Below, one piece after another: positions 18,560-28,382 of a stretch of 64,000 bases of DNA. The position numbers were made by a program, and so were the translations under genes. The notes under the pieces were generated by a model, which worked only from the letters and a program-made list of their open reading frames with translations, searched no databases and was not told where the DNA came from. This DNA is from Terriglobia bacterium (GTDB lineage Bacteria; Acidobacteriota; Terriglobia; 20CM-2-55-15). Position 1 is the first letter of the stretch. Each line of letters begins with the position of its first letter. The DNA is taken from NCBI GenBank assembly GCA_963664115.2, contig CAXWPJ010000001.1, positions 32,001-96,000 of the forward strand. The letters run 5' to 3'.

Positions 18560-19531
18560 ATGAAAATCGGGATCACCGCCGGAGATCCAGCGGGTATCGG
18601 TCTGGAAATTATCCTGAAGGGCATCCCCTCTTTCCTGTCCCGTGCTGCATGGGTGCTTTTCGGCGAAACCGCTGACTTCGAGGCCAACCTTCACCGATTC
18701 GCCCCCGATCTGCCATGGTCCCCGATTACCGATCTGGAAAGCGTTCAAACCGGGCGTCTCGGGTTTTCGTCGATCGGGAATGGCCCTGCAGTCCCCTGGG
18801 GGCAGGGTACGACCGAGACGGGTCGCCGCGCGCTTGCTGCGCTGGAAGCCGGGGGCCAGGGAGCCCGATCGGGAGAACTGGCCGCGCTGGTGACGGCGCC
18901 ACTCAGCAAAGAACTCGTTGGACCTGGATTTTCGGGACAGACAGGCTTTCTCAGAGCGCATTCGGGCTCCGCACGTGCCGCGATGGCGTTTTTCACCCGA
19001 AGTTTTAAAGTCGTTCTGGCGACCACGCATCTTTCCCTTCGCGACGCAGTTTCATCGCTTTCGCGATCCTCTTACGTTGATCTCATCGGACTGATCGATT
19101 CAGAATTTCAGCGCTACGGATACGATCGCCCCCGGATCGCTGTTGCCGCGGTAAACCCGCATGCCGGCGAAGGAGGAATGTTCGGAACCGAGGATGACCT
19201 CATACTGAAACCTGCTGTCCTGGAATGTGGGGCAGGCGGGATCCGGGTTTCGGGACCCTACCCTGCGGACAGTGTGTATCAGCGGGCTCATGCAGGGGAA
19301 TTCGACATCGTCCTGGCTCCCTATCACGACCAGGGATTGATACCGGTGAAATTGATCGCTCCCCGCTCTGCCGCCAACGTCACGCTCGGTCTGCCCTATG
19401 TCCGTACCTCGCCCGACCACGGCACCGCGTTCGCGATTGCAGGGCTGGGCACGGCGGAAACCGGAGGAATGGAAACAGCCTTCGAATGGGCCCTCGAACT
19501 CGCCAGCCGACTAGAGGGCACGAAGACGTGA
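18560..19531 (+). CDS. pdxA: 4-hydroxythreonine-4-phosphate dehydrogenase
   Basis: ITAGDPAGIG, TAPLSK, NPHAGEGG, YHDQGLIP, RTSPDHGTA. Confidence 0.93.
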   Translation: MKIGITAGDPAGIGLEIILKGIPSFLSRAAWVLFGETADFEANLHRFAPDLPWSPITDLESVQTGRLGFSSIGNGPAVPWGQGTTETGRRALAALEAGGQGARSGELAALVTAPLSKELVGPGFSGQTGFLRAHSGSARAAMAFFTRSFKVVLATTHLSLRDAVSSLSRSSYVDLIGLIDSEFQRYGYDRPRIAVAAVNPHAGEGGMFGTEDDLILKPAVLECGAGGIRVSGPYPADSVYQRAHAGEFDIVLAPYHDQGLIPVKLIAPRSAANVTLGLPYVRTSPDHGTAFAIAGLGTAETGGMETAFEWALELASRLEGTKT

Positions 19532-19534
19532 TAC

Positions 19535-19627
19535 GGAAGAGGACTAAAGGGGACGGACACTTGATGCGACATTGTAGCCTTACGAGTATATTTCGGCTGA
19601 AGTGTCCGTCCCCTTTAGGCCTCTTCC
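19535..19627. repeat. 28-bp inverted repeat (REP-like, or a bidirectional terminator) between convergent pdxA and fur
   Basis: ggaagaggactaaaggggacggacactt (19535-19562) vs aagtgtccgtcccctttaggcctcttcc (19600-19627); 1 mismatch, 37-nt loop. Confidence 0.75.
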
Positions 19628-20065
19628 TTATGTCCGACAGAGGGCGCAGAGACCGTAGATTTGTAATTTGTGGTCGAGAACTTTAAAGCCAAGTCGGGCC
19701 GATGCTTCATTTTGAATTTTTTCGATCTCGGCGTTGAGGAACTCGATCGATGTGCCGCAGGCCGTGCAGACCAGGTGGTCATGATGCGTGTGGTTATACA
19801 GATGTTCGTAGCGGGTCAGTCCATCCGCCAGGTCGATCTCTCTCGCCAGCCCGGCCTGGATCAGCAGCTTCATCGTTCGGTACACGGTTGTGTATCCGAT
19901 TTTTGAATCCTCACCGCGGACCTTGCGGTAAATGTCTTCGACGCTGCGGTGGCCCTCGCCGGCCAGAAAGGTTTCGAGGATGATCTTACGGTGGGCGGTC
20001 TGCTTCAGCTTCTTTGCCGCCAAATATTCCTTAAAGACCTGCATTTCGGGCGAGATCTTTTTCAT
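19628..20065 (-). CDS. fur: Fur-family transcriptional regulator
   Basis: TVYRTMKLL, HHDHLVCTACG, YGLCALC. Confidence 0.9.
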   Translation of the reverse strand: MKKISPEMQVFKEYLAAKKLKQTAHRKIILETFLAGEGHRSVEDIYRKVRGEDSKIGYTTVYRTMKLLIQAGLAREIDLADGLTRYEHLYNHTHHDHLVCTACGTSIEFLNAEIEKIQNEASARLGFKVLDHKLQIYGLCALCRT

Positions 20066-20070
20066 AAGGA

Positions 20071-21462
20071 TCAGGTCGGGGGTTGTGAGGGAGGGATCAG
20101 TTTGACGACGTCGTTGTAGATGACGAAAACGATCAGCGTCAACAGGAAAACGAAGCTGACCTGGACAATGCGTTCCTTTGTAGCCAGGCTTAAATCGTGT
20201 CGCGAGATGCCTTCGATGAGGAGCAGGAACATGACGCCGCCATCCAGTATCGGTATGGGCAGAAGGTTGATAACGCCCAGGTTGAGACTGATCAAGGCCA
20301 TGAAACGGACCAGTGGTGCAAGACCTGCCTGCAAGGCTTGGCCCGAATAATTCACGATTCCGATGGGACCATCCAGCGAGCGCATGGACGTCTCTCTGCG
20401 TACCAGTCGTCCGAGTATTTCGAAGATGAGCAGAGCGTCGCCGGTGTTGGTCTGGACCGATCGCACGATCGAATCCACAAAACCAAGTTTGATCATGGTA
20501 GTGGGGAGCGTCGGGTACATGATCCCGATCATCCGTTGGCCATCCGCATTGGCTACCGGAATTATTTCCAGATCCACACGCTGGGCTTCACAGGTGTCTT
20601 CTGCGTTTGTATCCGTTGAAACAGAGGAGACAGAGTCGAGGCTGCATCGCGAAACGGTAACGGGAAGGACTTCGCCTTCGCTGGCTTGAATGATTTCGTT
20701 GATCGAGCGGTTGGATCTCAGGAGATCAATATTGTCGACCGCTATGATCTCATCGCCGGGGAGCAAGCCCCCGCGTTGGGCGGGCGAATCCGCACCCGAA
20801 TACCCCTCAACGACGATGCGATTTCGTGGGAACATGCCCGAGTAGCCTGTTTCGTTGCGGGGCTGGCGTTCCGGTATGAGTATGATGGTGAGGCGCTCGC
20901 CATCGCGATCCAGGGTGGCCGGGATCTCTCTTTCCGGGCTCAGGATGACGTTGGTTTCGACCGCTTGCCATGTGGGGTTCAGTTCCCCGTCGAATTCGAC
21001 GATCAGATCACCGGGCCGGATGCCTGCGGTTTCGGCCGGAGATCCTTCTTCCACAATGTCGACCCGTGCCTCGCCTTCCAGGAATTCCGGTACTTCCGTC
21101 CCGTACATGTACAGTCCAGCGAGTAGAACCACCGCCAGGACGCCGTTCATTGCCGGGCCCGCAAAGGCAATCAGAAATCGTTGCCATTTGGGTTTCGACA
21201 TGAACTCATCAGGATCCCCTGTGACTTCGTCTCCCGGGTTTTCCCCCGACATCTTGACGTACCCGCCCAGGGGGAGGATGCTCAGCCGGTAGTCGGTGTC
21301 CCCGTACCGGAATCCGAACAGTCGTGGGCCAAAGCCGACGGAAAAGGTTTCCACGCGGACGCGGAAGAGCTTTGCCACCAAAAAATGGCCGCCCTCATGG
21401 ATGACTATGATCACTCCAAGGACGATCATGGCCCCAACAATACTGGATAATAGCGTCGCCAT
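20071..21462 (-). CDS. rseP: RIP metalloprotease RseP
   Basis: HEGGH, GGYVKM, AGPAMN, two PDZ domains, NLLPIPILDGG. Confidence 0.95.
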   Translation of the reverse strand: MATLLSSIVGAMIVLGVIIVIHEGGHFLVAKLFRVRVETFSVGFGPRLFGFRYGDTDYRLSILPLGGYVKMSGENPGDEVTGDPDEFMSKPKWQRFLIAFAGPAMNGVLAVVLLAGLYMYGTEVPEFLEGEARVDIVEEGSPAETAGIRPGDLIVEFDGELNPTWQAVETNVILSPEREIPATLDRDGERLTIILIPERQPRNETGYSGMFPRNRIVVEGYSGADSPAQRGGLLPGDEIIAVDNIDLLRSNRSINEIIQASEGEVLPVTVSRCSLDSVSSVSTDTNAEDTCEAQRVDLEIIPVANADGQRMIGIMYPTLPTTMIKLGFVDSIVRSVQTNTGDALLIFEILGRLVRRETSMRSLDGPIGIVNYSGQALQAGLAPLVRFMALISLNLGVINLLPIPILDGGVMFLLLIEGISRHDLSLATKERIVQVSFVFLLTLIVFVIYNDVVKLIPPSQPPT

Positions 21463-21552
21463 CGTTATCTGTCTCTATACCTTAGCCGAGTTTGAATAAT
21501 TCTAACATGGAAGCCCTTCCCCACCGTTACTGGCAGGTCTCTGTCAGCGATT

Positions 21553-22734
21553 CTAAGGTAGTTCGGGGGGCTGGTTTCGGGTCGTTATCCCCCGGGCGTA
21601 GTCGCGGGCCCAACCGTCCGCAGCGAGCACCTGCGCCACCGTATCGGCTGGTCCTGGCTCGTGAGCATCGAGGACCGTCTCAATGACCACAGTCAGGTCG
21701 CTGAACCTGATGCGGTGTTCGAGGAATGCTTCGACTGCAATCTCGTCTGCGGCGTTGAGGACCGCAGGTGCCGTACCACCGATCTCGATTGCTCTGTACG
21801 CCATCGAGAGTGCCGGGAATTTTGCCCGGTCCGGTTCTTGAAATTCGAGAGCGGGAAGCGCGGCCCAGTCCAGCGATGGGACAGGCGACACCTTTCGTTC
21901 TGGATACGTGAGTGCGTATTGGATCGGTCCCCGCATATCGGCTACGCCGAGCTGAGCCACAATCGAACCATCGACAAACTCGACCATGGAATGGATGACA
22001 GACTGGGGGTGGATCACGACATCGACCGACGAGGCCTGGATGTCGAATAGCCAGCGGGCTTCGATAATCTCAAAACCCTTGTTCATCAACGTCGCTGAGT
22101 CCACCGTAATACGAGGTCCCATCTTCCAGGTCGGATGCTGGAGAGCCTCTTCCGGGGTCACATTCGGGAACTCGGCAATGGGTCGGTTCAAGAACGGCCC
22201 ACCCGAGGCGGTCAGGATCAGGCGGCGCACTTCCGGTCTCCGGCCCGCGCGCAGACACTGGGCGATTGCGTTGTGTTCGCTATCGACCGGTAGAATGGTT
22301 CCTCCGTTTGCGTCTGCCGTTTTTCGCAGCAGCTCGCCAGCAATGACCATCGCTTCTTTGTTTGCAAGCGCAACTGGTTTTCCCGACTGCAGGGCGGCGT
22401 ATGTCGGTTCCAATCCAGCGGCACCTACTGCGGCGGAAACGACGATATCCACGTCGGGGGAAGCGGCAAGTGAGCGGAGCCCTTCCGCGCCGTCCAGCAC
22501 CTCGGGAACCTCGACATCGAGCGCCGCACACTCTTTACGAAAGGATTCCACCTGTGAGGAGTCGGCCACAGCCACGGTGTGTGGCCGATAGCGGGCCGCC
22601 TGTTCGGCCAGAACACTCACAGACCGCCGTGCAGCCAGGCCGACGACCTTGAGTTCGTCCCCCAGGTTATCGACGACGTTCAGAGTGTTGCGGCCGACCG
22701 ACCCGGTCGATCCGATTATGGCGATGCGTTTCAT
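21553..22734 (-). CDS. dxr: 1-deoxy-D-xylulose-5-phosphate reductoisomerase
   Basis: GSTGSVG, LANKE, PVDSEH, TASGGPF, HPTWKMG, DSATLMNKG. Confidence 0.96.
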   Translation of the reverse strand: MKRIAIIGSTGSVGRNTLNVVDNLGDELKVVGLAARRSVSVLAEQAARYRPHTVAVADSSQVESFRKECAALDVEVPEVLDGAEGLRSLAASPDVDIVVSAAVGAAGLEPTYAALQSGKPVALANKEAMVIAGELLRKTADANGGTILPVDSEHNAIAQCLRAGRRPEVRRLILTASGGPFLNRPIAEFPNVTPEEALQHPTWKMGPRITVDSATLMNKGFEIIEARWLFDIQASSVDVVIHPQSVIHSMVEFVDGSIVAQLGVADMRGPIQYALTYPERKVSPVPSLDWAALPALEFQEPDRAKFPALSMAYRAIEIGGTAPAVLNAADEIAVEAFLEHRIRFSDLTVVIETVLDAHEPGPADTVAQVLAADGWARDYARGITTRNQPPELP

Positions 22735-22757
22735 TTACTCATCTGTTCATTGGGACT

Positions 22758-23534
22758 TCACCCCAGCAGCAGCAGTAGATAAAATACGGGAGCAGCGAAG
22801 AGCAGGCTGTCCACGCGATCCAGGACGCCGCCATGCCCTGGCAAGCGATTTGATGAATCCTTCACACCCACACTGCGTTTGAGTGCCGACTCATACAGAT
22901 CACCGGCTTGTCCGGCGAGTGCCGTAATTAATGATATGAGAGCCAGCCAGAAGTACGATGTGCCCACCAACATTCCACCGAGTCCGACGCCTGCCACCAG
23001 ACTCGCAGCCAACCCGGCAACGGCTCCTTCGACCGTCTTGCCCGGACTGATTCGGGGCGCTAAACGATGGTGTCCCCACCGGCGGCCGATGTAGTAGGCG
23101 GCGGAGTCTCCGGCCCAGATTATTCCCAGAACCACGAAGACCGCAAAGCGCGGCAAGAGGATAAGAAATCCAAGGAGCAGGCAGGTATAGAACAGACCTC
23201 GAAGGCCGTTCGCGAAATGCCGCAGAGCCGGGCCCGGGGAATGCGAAGCGAGTGCCGTGATCATCAAGAGGAGCGCAGCCATCACGAACATCCCGAGCGT
23301 CGACACGGGAGGGCCGAGAAAAGAGAGCGTGAGCCCAGCTCCAACAGGAATAAACCAGTGGCCCGGACGGCTCGTCTCCGGCTTCGAATTCTTCGATGTG
23401 CCCAGATCAAGGAATTCATCCAGCGCCAGTACGCCCACCAGCGCGACGAGTGAAGCGAAGACCCAGTCCGATCCCCAGTACGTCACGCCGAGCACGACAG
23501 GGATCCCCGCCGCGGCGGTCAGGACACGATTCAT
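22758..23534 (-). CDS. cdsA: Phosphatidate cytidylyltransferase
   Basis: WAGDSAAY, ISPGKTVEG, GDLYESALKR..GVKDS..LPGHGGVLDRVDS; ATG 23534 overlaps the uppS stop. Confidence 0.93.
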   Translation of the reverse strand: MNRVLTAAAGIPVVLGVTYWGSDWVFASLVALVGVLALDEFLDLGTSKNSKPETSRPGHWFIPVGAGLTLSFLGPPVSTLGMFVMAALLLMITALASHSPGPALRHFANGLRGLFYTCLLLGFLILLPRFAVFVVLGIIWAGDSAAYYIGRRWGHHRLAPRISPGKTVEGAVAGLAASLVAGVGLGGMLVGTSYFWLALISLITALAGQAGDLYESALKRSVGVKDSSNRLPGHGGVLDRVDSLLFAAPVFYLLLLLG

Positions 23535-24310
23535 CGTGAGATGGGAATGCCGACGCCACCGGCGCGTTCTGCTAATCCGCCATATCGGCGTTCGCGTTTC
23601 TGAAATGCAATAACGGCCTCGTATAAATGCTGCCGTCGAAAATCGGGCCAGAGCGTATCTGTGATCCAAATTTCCGAATAAGCGATCTGCCAGAGAAGAA
23701 AATTGCTGATACGAAGTTCTCCGCTAGTTCGGATCAGCAGGTCCGGATCGGGGAGGTCTGCTGTGTAGAGTCTGCGGACCAGATCTTCTTCTTTGATGCC
23801 GTCGAGCAAAGCCGGGTTTTGCTTGGCCTGGGCCAGAATCGTATTTACGGCGCGAATTATCTCTGCGCGGCCGCTGTAGTTGAGCGCGACGTTAAATCGA
23901 AGCCCTGTATTCGACCGCGTTCGGTCGACGGCATTGTCCAACTCCCGCTGAATCGCTGGGCCCAACTCGTCCGTATCACCCAGGGTGTTGAAGCGGATGT
24001 TGTTGCGATCGATGTTGTCGAGTTCCTTGTCGAGATACTCACGCAGGAGGCGCATCAGCGTTTCGACTTCCCGTTTCGGACGCTTCCAGTTTTCTGTGGA
24101 GAAGGCGTACAGGGTGAGTGCCCCAATTCCAAGTTCCGCGGAAGCCTCGAGAACATCGCGCACGGACTCGATTCCGGCGTGATGCCCGGCTACACGGGGG
24201 AGGCTGCGCCCCTTGGCCCACCGTCCATTCCCGTCCATGATAATTGCGATGTGAACAGGCAAGGCCTTGGGATCGATCAATTGGATCAGGTCTTGCCCGG
24301 GATTAGACAT
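23531..24310 (-). CDS. uppS: Undecaprenyl diphosphate synthase
   Basis: HIAIIMDGNGRWA, YAFSTENWKRP, IRTSGELRISNFLLWQ. Confidence 0.96.
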   Translation of the reverse strand: MSNPGQDLIQLIDPKALPVHIAIIMDGNGRWAKGRSLPRVAGHHAGIESVRDVLEASAELGIGALTLYAFSTENWKRPKREVETLMRLLREYLDKELDNIDRNNIRFNTLGDTDELGPAIQRELDNAVDRTRSNTGLRFNVALNYSGRAEIIRAVNTILAQAKQNPALLDGIKEEDLVRRLYTADLPDPDLLIRTSGELRISNFLLWQIAYSEIWITDTLWPDFRRQHLYEAVIAFQKRERRYGGLAERAGGVGIPISR

Positions 24311-24402
24311 AAGAAAGGCTATGTTACCACTTCATCCCGTTAGCGCTGTAAGGGCCTGTCAGAGGTCAGGTGTGAAATTCGGAAGGCGATCGTCGGGCAG
24401 CG

Positions 24403-25137
24403 TCAATACTCGACAGACACTAAATGGAGGCCTTTGGCGGGAACAGTCGGGCCTGCGCGTTGCCTGTCTCTGGCTTCAAAAATACCCGGAATTTCTTCCG
24501 GATTCAATTTGCCCCGGCCGACTTCGATCAGTGTTCCCACGATCGTTCGGACCATGTATTGCAGAAAACCGTTCGCGCGTATCCGGAAAACCCATTCTTC
24601 ACTGCTCCTCTCCCATTGTGCTTCGTAGACCTCCCGTGTGTGACTCTTCTTGGAGGTGGCCGCGGCAGAAAAGGATGTGAATTCATGTCGCCCCGGAAAA
24701 TAACGGGTGGCCTGATCAACGGTGTCCGGATCGAGATGTTGCCAAATCGAATGCACGTACCGGGAATGGAATGGGGAGACCACCGTCGATCGCCAGACAT
24801 GATACTCGTAGGTTTTGGCACGAGCGGATGCCCGCGCGTGAAAATCAAGAGGCATCTCCTCAACGGATGTGACCCGGATCTCGGGAGGTAACAACGCGTT
24901 CACACTACGATGGAAAGCATCGGTGTCGATGGCCTTTTCAGTCAGAAAGTGTGCGACCTGCCCCTGCGCATGTACGCCCGCATCGGTGCGTCCTGAGCCG
25001 TGGGTTGTGATTTCATGATCCAGAATGTTTCCGATCGCTCTCTCCAACTCGCCTTGAAGCGTCCGGACACCGGGTTGGAGCTGCCATCCATGAAAGGATG
25101 TGCCGTCGTAGGAAAGGGTTAACTTGAGGTTTCGCAT
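24403..25137 (-). CDS. truA: tRNA pseudouridine(38-40) synthase
   Basis: YDGTSFHGWQ, GSGRTDAGVHA, GFLQYMVR; ATG 25137. Confidence 0.95.
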   Translation of the reverse strand: MRNLKLTLSYDGTSFHGWQLQPGVRTLQGELERAIGNILDHEITTHGSGRTDAGVHAQGQVAHFLTEKAIDTDAFHRSVNALLPPEIRVTSVEEMPLDFHARASARAKTYEYHVWRSTVVSPFHSRYVHSIWQHLDPDTVDQATRYFPGRHEFTSFSAAATSKKSHTREVYEAQWERSSEEWVFRIRANGFLQYMVRTIVGTLIEVGRGKLNPEEIPGIFEARDRQRAGPTVPAKGLHLVSVEY

Positions 25138-25230
25138 GTGAAAGAAGCGACGCACTATAGCATAACTCGTGACGCTCCTTTTCCCGAGCGCCCGTAGGGA
25201 GACACTCCGCTTCTTCGGTATACTGCGGTC

Positions 25231-26067
25231 GTGGATCTGGCCATCGCACTGTTGTTCGGACTCTGTGTCGGGAGCTTCCTCAACGTCTGTATCGCCCGCA
25301 TTCCATTGGACATCTCCGTGGTCAGCCCGCGTTCCCGCTGCCCGAAATGTGAAACGCTGATTGCCGGGTACGACAATGTCCCTCTGCTGAGTTACGTGAT
25401 CCTCGGTGGGCGGTGTCGGAGTTGCCGGACTTCAATCTCGCTCCGATACCCCGGGGTGGAGGGTTTGACCGCCATCATCAGTGTGTTGCTCGCCAACCAG
25501 TACGGCCTGAGTGTGTCATGGGCCGTTTATCTTGTTTTTTCGTCTTCAATAATCGTTCTCGTACTGATCGATCTGGACCACCGCATTCTCCCTGACGTAA
25601 TCACCTTGAACGGAATATGGATCGGGATATTGATCAGCCTCTATCTCGCGTCTCCCAGCCCGTTTGCCGCAACCCTTTACGCTTTCGCGGGCATTGGGGT
25701 GTCCAATCCATATGTCCTTGCGCTCACGGCGAGTCTGGCAGGTGCAGGCTTTGGTGGGGGGCTGCTCTGGTTTGTCAGGGGAGCTTTTTTCAGGGTCCGT
25801 GGAATAGAGGGCATGGGGCTCGGAGACGTCAAGATGATGGCGATGGTCGGCGCGTTCCTAGGCTTACCGCTCACATTGCTGACCATTCTCCTGGGATCGA
25901 TTCTGGGTTCCATCATAGGACTCGCCGTAATTCGGGCTTTTGGCAAAGGGCGCCACTACGAACTCCCTTTCGGCACCTTCCTCGGTGGAGGTGCAATCGT
26001 GGCGGTGCTCTATGGCAACGATCTCATTCGCTTATATTTAAAAAATTTCTTCCCTCCAGCTTCCTAG
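25231..26067 (+). CDS. pilD: Type IV prepilin peptidase
   Basis: GSFLNVCIARIP, RSRCPKC, GRCRSC, IDLDHRILPD, GMGLGDVK, PFGTFL. Confidence 0.93.
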   Translation: MDLAIALLFGLCVGSFLNVCIARIPLDISVVSPRSRCPKCETLIAGYDNVPLLSYVILGGRCRSCRTSISLRYPGVEGLTAIISVLLANQYGLSVSWAVYLVFSSSIIVLVLIDLDHRILPDVITLNGIWIGILISLYLASPSPFAATLYAFAGIGVSNPYVLALTASLAGAGFGGGLLWFVRGAFFRVRGIEGMGLGDVKMMAMVGAFLGLPLTLLTILLGSILGSIIGLAVIRAFGKGRHYELPFGTFLGGGAIVAVLYGNDLIRLYLKNFFPPAS

Positions 26068-26214
26068 GGTTAGCCGTTTCGGGCTGCTTGGATAGGACCG
26101 GGTGTGGGAGGCAGCCCCTATTTCGCTTGCCCTTTCGACGCCATTGACGTTTCATTTGAAGTTGGCACCAGCACTGTCCCTAAGACATACTTCAACAAGG
26201 ACTGAAACTTTAGA

Positions 26215-26676
26215 ATGGAGCCACAGGTGCGAACATCGGGTTGCGGCAGTCAAAAGGGCATGAGCATGTTCGAGCTCTTGATCGTATTGTCGATCATTAT
26301 GGTGATTATGGCGATGGCCCTGCCGCAAATGTTCAGCGTTCGGGAAGACTATCGATTGACAGCCGTGGCGACCGAACTTGTGGGTTATGCATCGAACGCG
26401 CGGATCCTGGCGATTACAGAAAACTCAGATTTCCGGGTGACCGTCATCGATTCCGATACCTACGCCATCCAGGAAGACATCAGCGGCACCTGGACAACGG
26501 ACGCCAGTTACGACCTGCCGAGCGGTTTCAGCATTGCTCCGGCAAATGCCAACGAGACAGCCGAATTTCATTCGCGCGGGAACGCGACACCGGTGACAAC
26601 GTTTACGATCACGAATCCCAACAACAATACACGCGATGTGGTTGTCTCATTGTCGGGACGCGTCAATGCGCAATAA
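26215..26676 (+). CDS. FimT/GspH-like minor pilin
   Basis: Class III signal KG|MSMFELLIVLSII; C-terminal FHSRG ... VSLSGRV. Confidence 0.85.
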   Translation: MEPQVRTSGCGSQKGMSMFELLIVLSIIMVIMAMALPQMFSVREDYRLTAVATELVGYASNARILAITENSDFRVTVIDSDTYAIQEDISGTWTTDASYDLPSGFSIAPANANETAEFHSRGNATPVTTFTITNPNNNTRDVVVSLSGRVNAQ

Positions 26677-27124
26677 TTATAAGGATCGCGTGGAGCGCGG
26701 CTTCACCCTGATCGAAACCCTGGTCGCGACGGGCATTCTGGTTTCGGGTTTGGTGGCGGTTGCATATCTGTTCACCTTCTCGATTCGGACGAACATGATG
26801 ACGGAACAACAGACTTCGGCCACGCTGTTGCTCTCCAACAAAATGGAAGAGTTGAGAGGCACGTCATTTTCCAGCCTGACCGTAGGCGGTGGACTCGACG
26901 CCAGCAGTCCGACGACGAGTTACTGGGATTACGTTTCGATCAGTACCAGTGGCGCGATCACCTCTGACACGAGTACCACGGATGCCACCTACCTCCGGCT
27001 CTGGCAAGTCGCGGGAACGAATACAAAAGTGGTTTCCGTCGTTGTTTATACGCAGAACGCCCGCATCGGCATGCAGCAGATGGAGTTGGCCCGTGCCAGC
27101 ACGGAGGTCACCTCGGGTTTCTGA
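26666..27124 (+). CDS. PilV-like minor pilin
   Basis: RG|FTLIETLVA; NKMEELR; ATG 26666. Confidence 0.85.
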   Translation: MRNNYKDRVERGFTLIETLVATGILVSGLVAVAYLFTFSIRTNMMTEQQTSATLLLSNKMEELRGTSFSSLTVGGGLDASSPTTSYWDYVSISTSGAITSDTSTTDATYLRLWQVAGTNTKVVSVVVYTQNARIGMQQMELARASTEVTSGF

Positions 27125-28011
27125 TGGAACGCAGACACAAGAAAAAGCAGTCCGGCTTCTCGCTGGTTGAACTTATGTTGGCGATGTCGATCACGCTTGG
27201 CATCGGAATCATCGTCTTCCAGATGTTTCTTCAGAACGAGGGCGTGTTTCAGGACCAGACCATGGTCATGGAGATGCAGCAGAGTGTCCGGGCCGTGGCG
27301 TCGATGATCGCTGACGAAGCCCGGCTTGCCGGCCAGGGTGTTCCGGTGTACAGCGCGGCACAGGACACGACGACAGTCGAGGCGGCCCAGGTGTTTCTGG
27401 ATGGGACCGATTCTGATGACCTTCGATTCCGTGCCGGAATCCGAAACGCGGCCACGACCGTCACGACCCCGCTTGTCTATAGCGGGACGACAACGGTCAC
27501 GGTCGCTGATGTGAGCGGCATCAATGCCATTGTTGGCACAGACGCCGATTATTTTGTATATCTGTGGGGGCCCACAGGCAACACGTGGACTTGGCTACGC
27601 GGGGAGGTCTCCAACATCAGCACCGGATCCAACCAGCTCGACGTTGCGTTGAGCCAGAATAGTGGGCAGGGCGCAACTTTTTCGAGTGCCCCTCGTCTGG
27701 CTCTGGAGGAAGGCATATCCTATCGGCTCAACAGCGGGTCTGTGATGCGAGGGACGACGACCGATTTCAGCAACCTGACCGCACCCACGTTTTCCGAACA
27801 GACGATAGGCACCAACTTTACGGCTTTGACCTTCACCTACTATGACGCAGCGGGCGCCACCGTCTCGCCTACGACGCTGGCTCTTCGATCCACGATCCGC
27901 CGGGTCGATCTCGTCGTCGGAGCACAAACTTCGGGGACCCTTTCCGGTGGCTCGGTTGATAATTTCGCGATCACGCTGTCTGTCTATCCCCGCAATCTTG
28001 CCGTTAACTGA
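27124..28011 (+). CDS. PilW-like minor pilin
   Basis: SG|FSLVELMLA; EARLAG; FTYYD; C-terminal PRN. Confidence 0.85.
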   Translation: MERRHKKKQSGFSLVELMLAMSITLGIGIIVFQMFLQNEGVFQDQTMVMEMQQSVRAVASMIADEARLAGQGVPVYSAAQDTTTVEAAQVFLDGTDSDDLRFRAGIRNAATTVTTPLVYSGTTTVTVADVSGINAIVGTDADYFVYLWGPTGNTWTWLRGEVSNISTGSNQLDVALSQNSGQGATFSSAPRLALEEGISYRLNSGSVMRGTTTDFSNLTAPTFSEQTIGTNFTALTFTYYDAAGATVSPTTLALRSTIRRVDLVVGAQTSGTLSGGSVDNFAITLSVYPRNLAVN

Positions 28012-28382
28012 CAACTTCGGGCGGAACCCTGCATTTCAGGTACTGCGGTCATAGCTTTCCCAGAGTGAAATCCGTCTTCCTAAATTTCTTGAGTCAGAAG
28101 TTTGCCGCTTAACAGGATGTCCTAGTCCGATCTGATCGTCTTCTTACTCTGCCGCCTCGGCTGCCGCCTCGTTGTCCACCCGCACCGTCGGAACGGTGCG
28201 GGTCTTTTCAGGGCATGCCTCAACCTTTCGCCGATCCCAAATAAGCCTCGCAATCAGGATGATTGCGAGGGTCGCCGGTCGTTCGGACAGGATGTCCGTT
28301 TTAACGGCCGAGCGAAATCTTGTCCCTTCGGCGAACCGGTCGGATGACGTAGTGTGCCGGACCCGACTTCAACCACGATCTG

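Noticed and set aside
26162-26178. Sigma54 promoter upstream of the minor pilins (TTGGCAC)
   Set aside because: The -12 position reads GT rather than the required GC.
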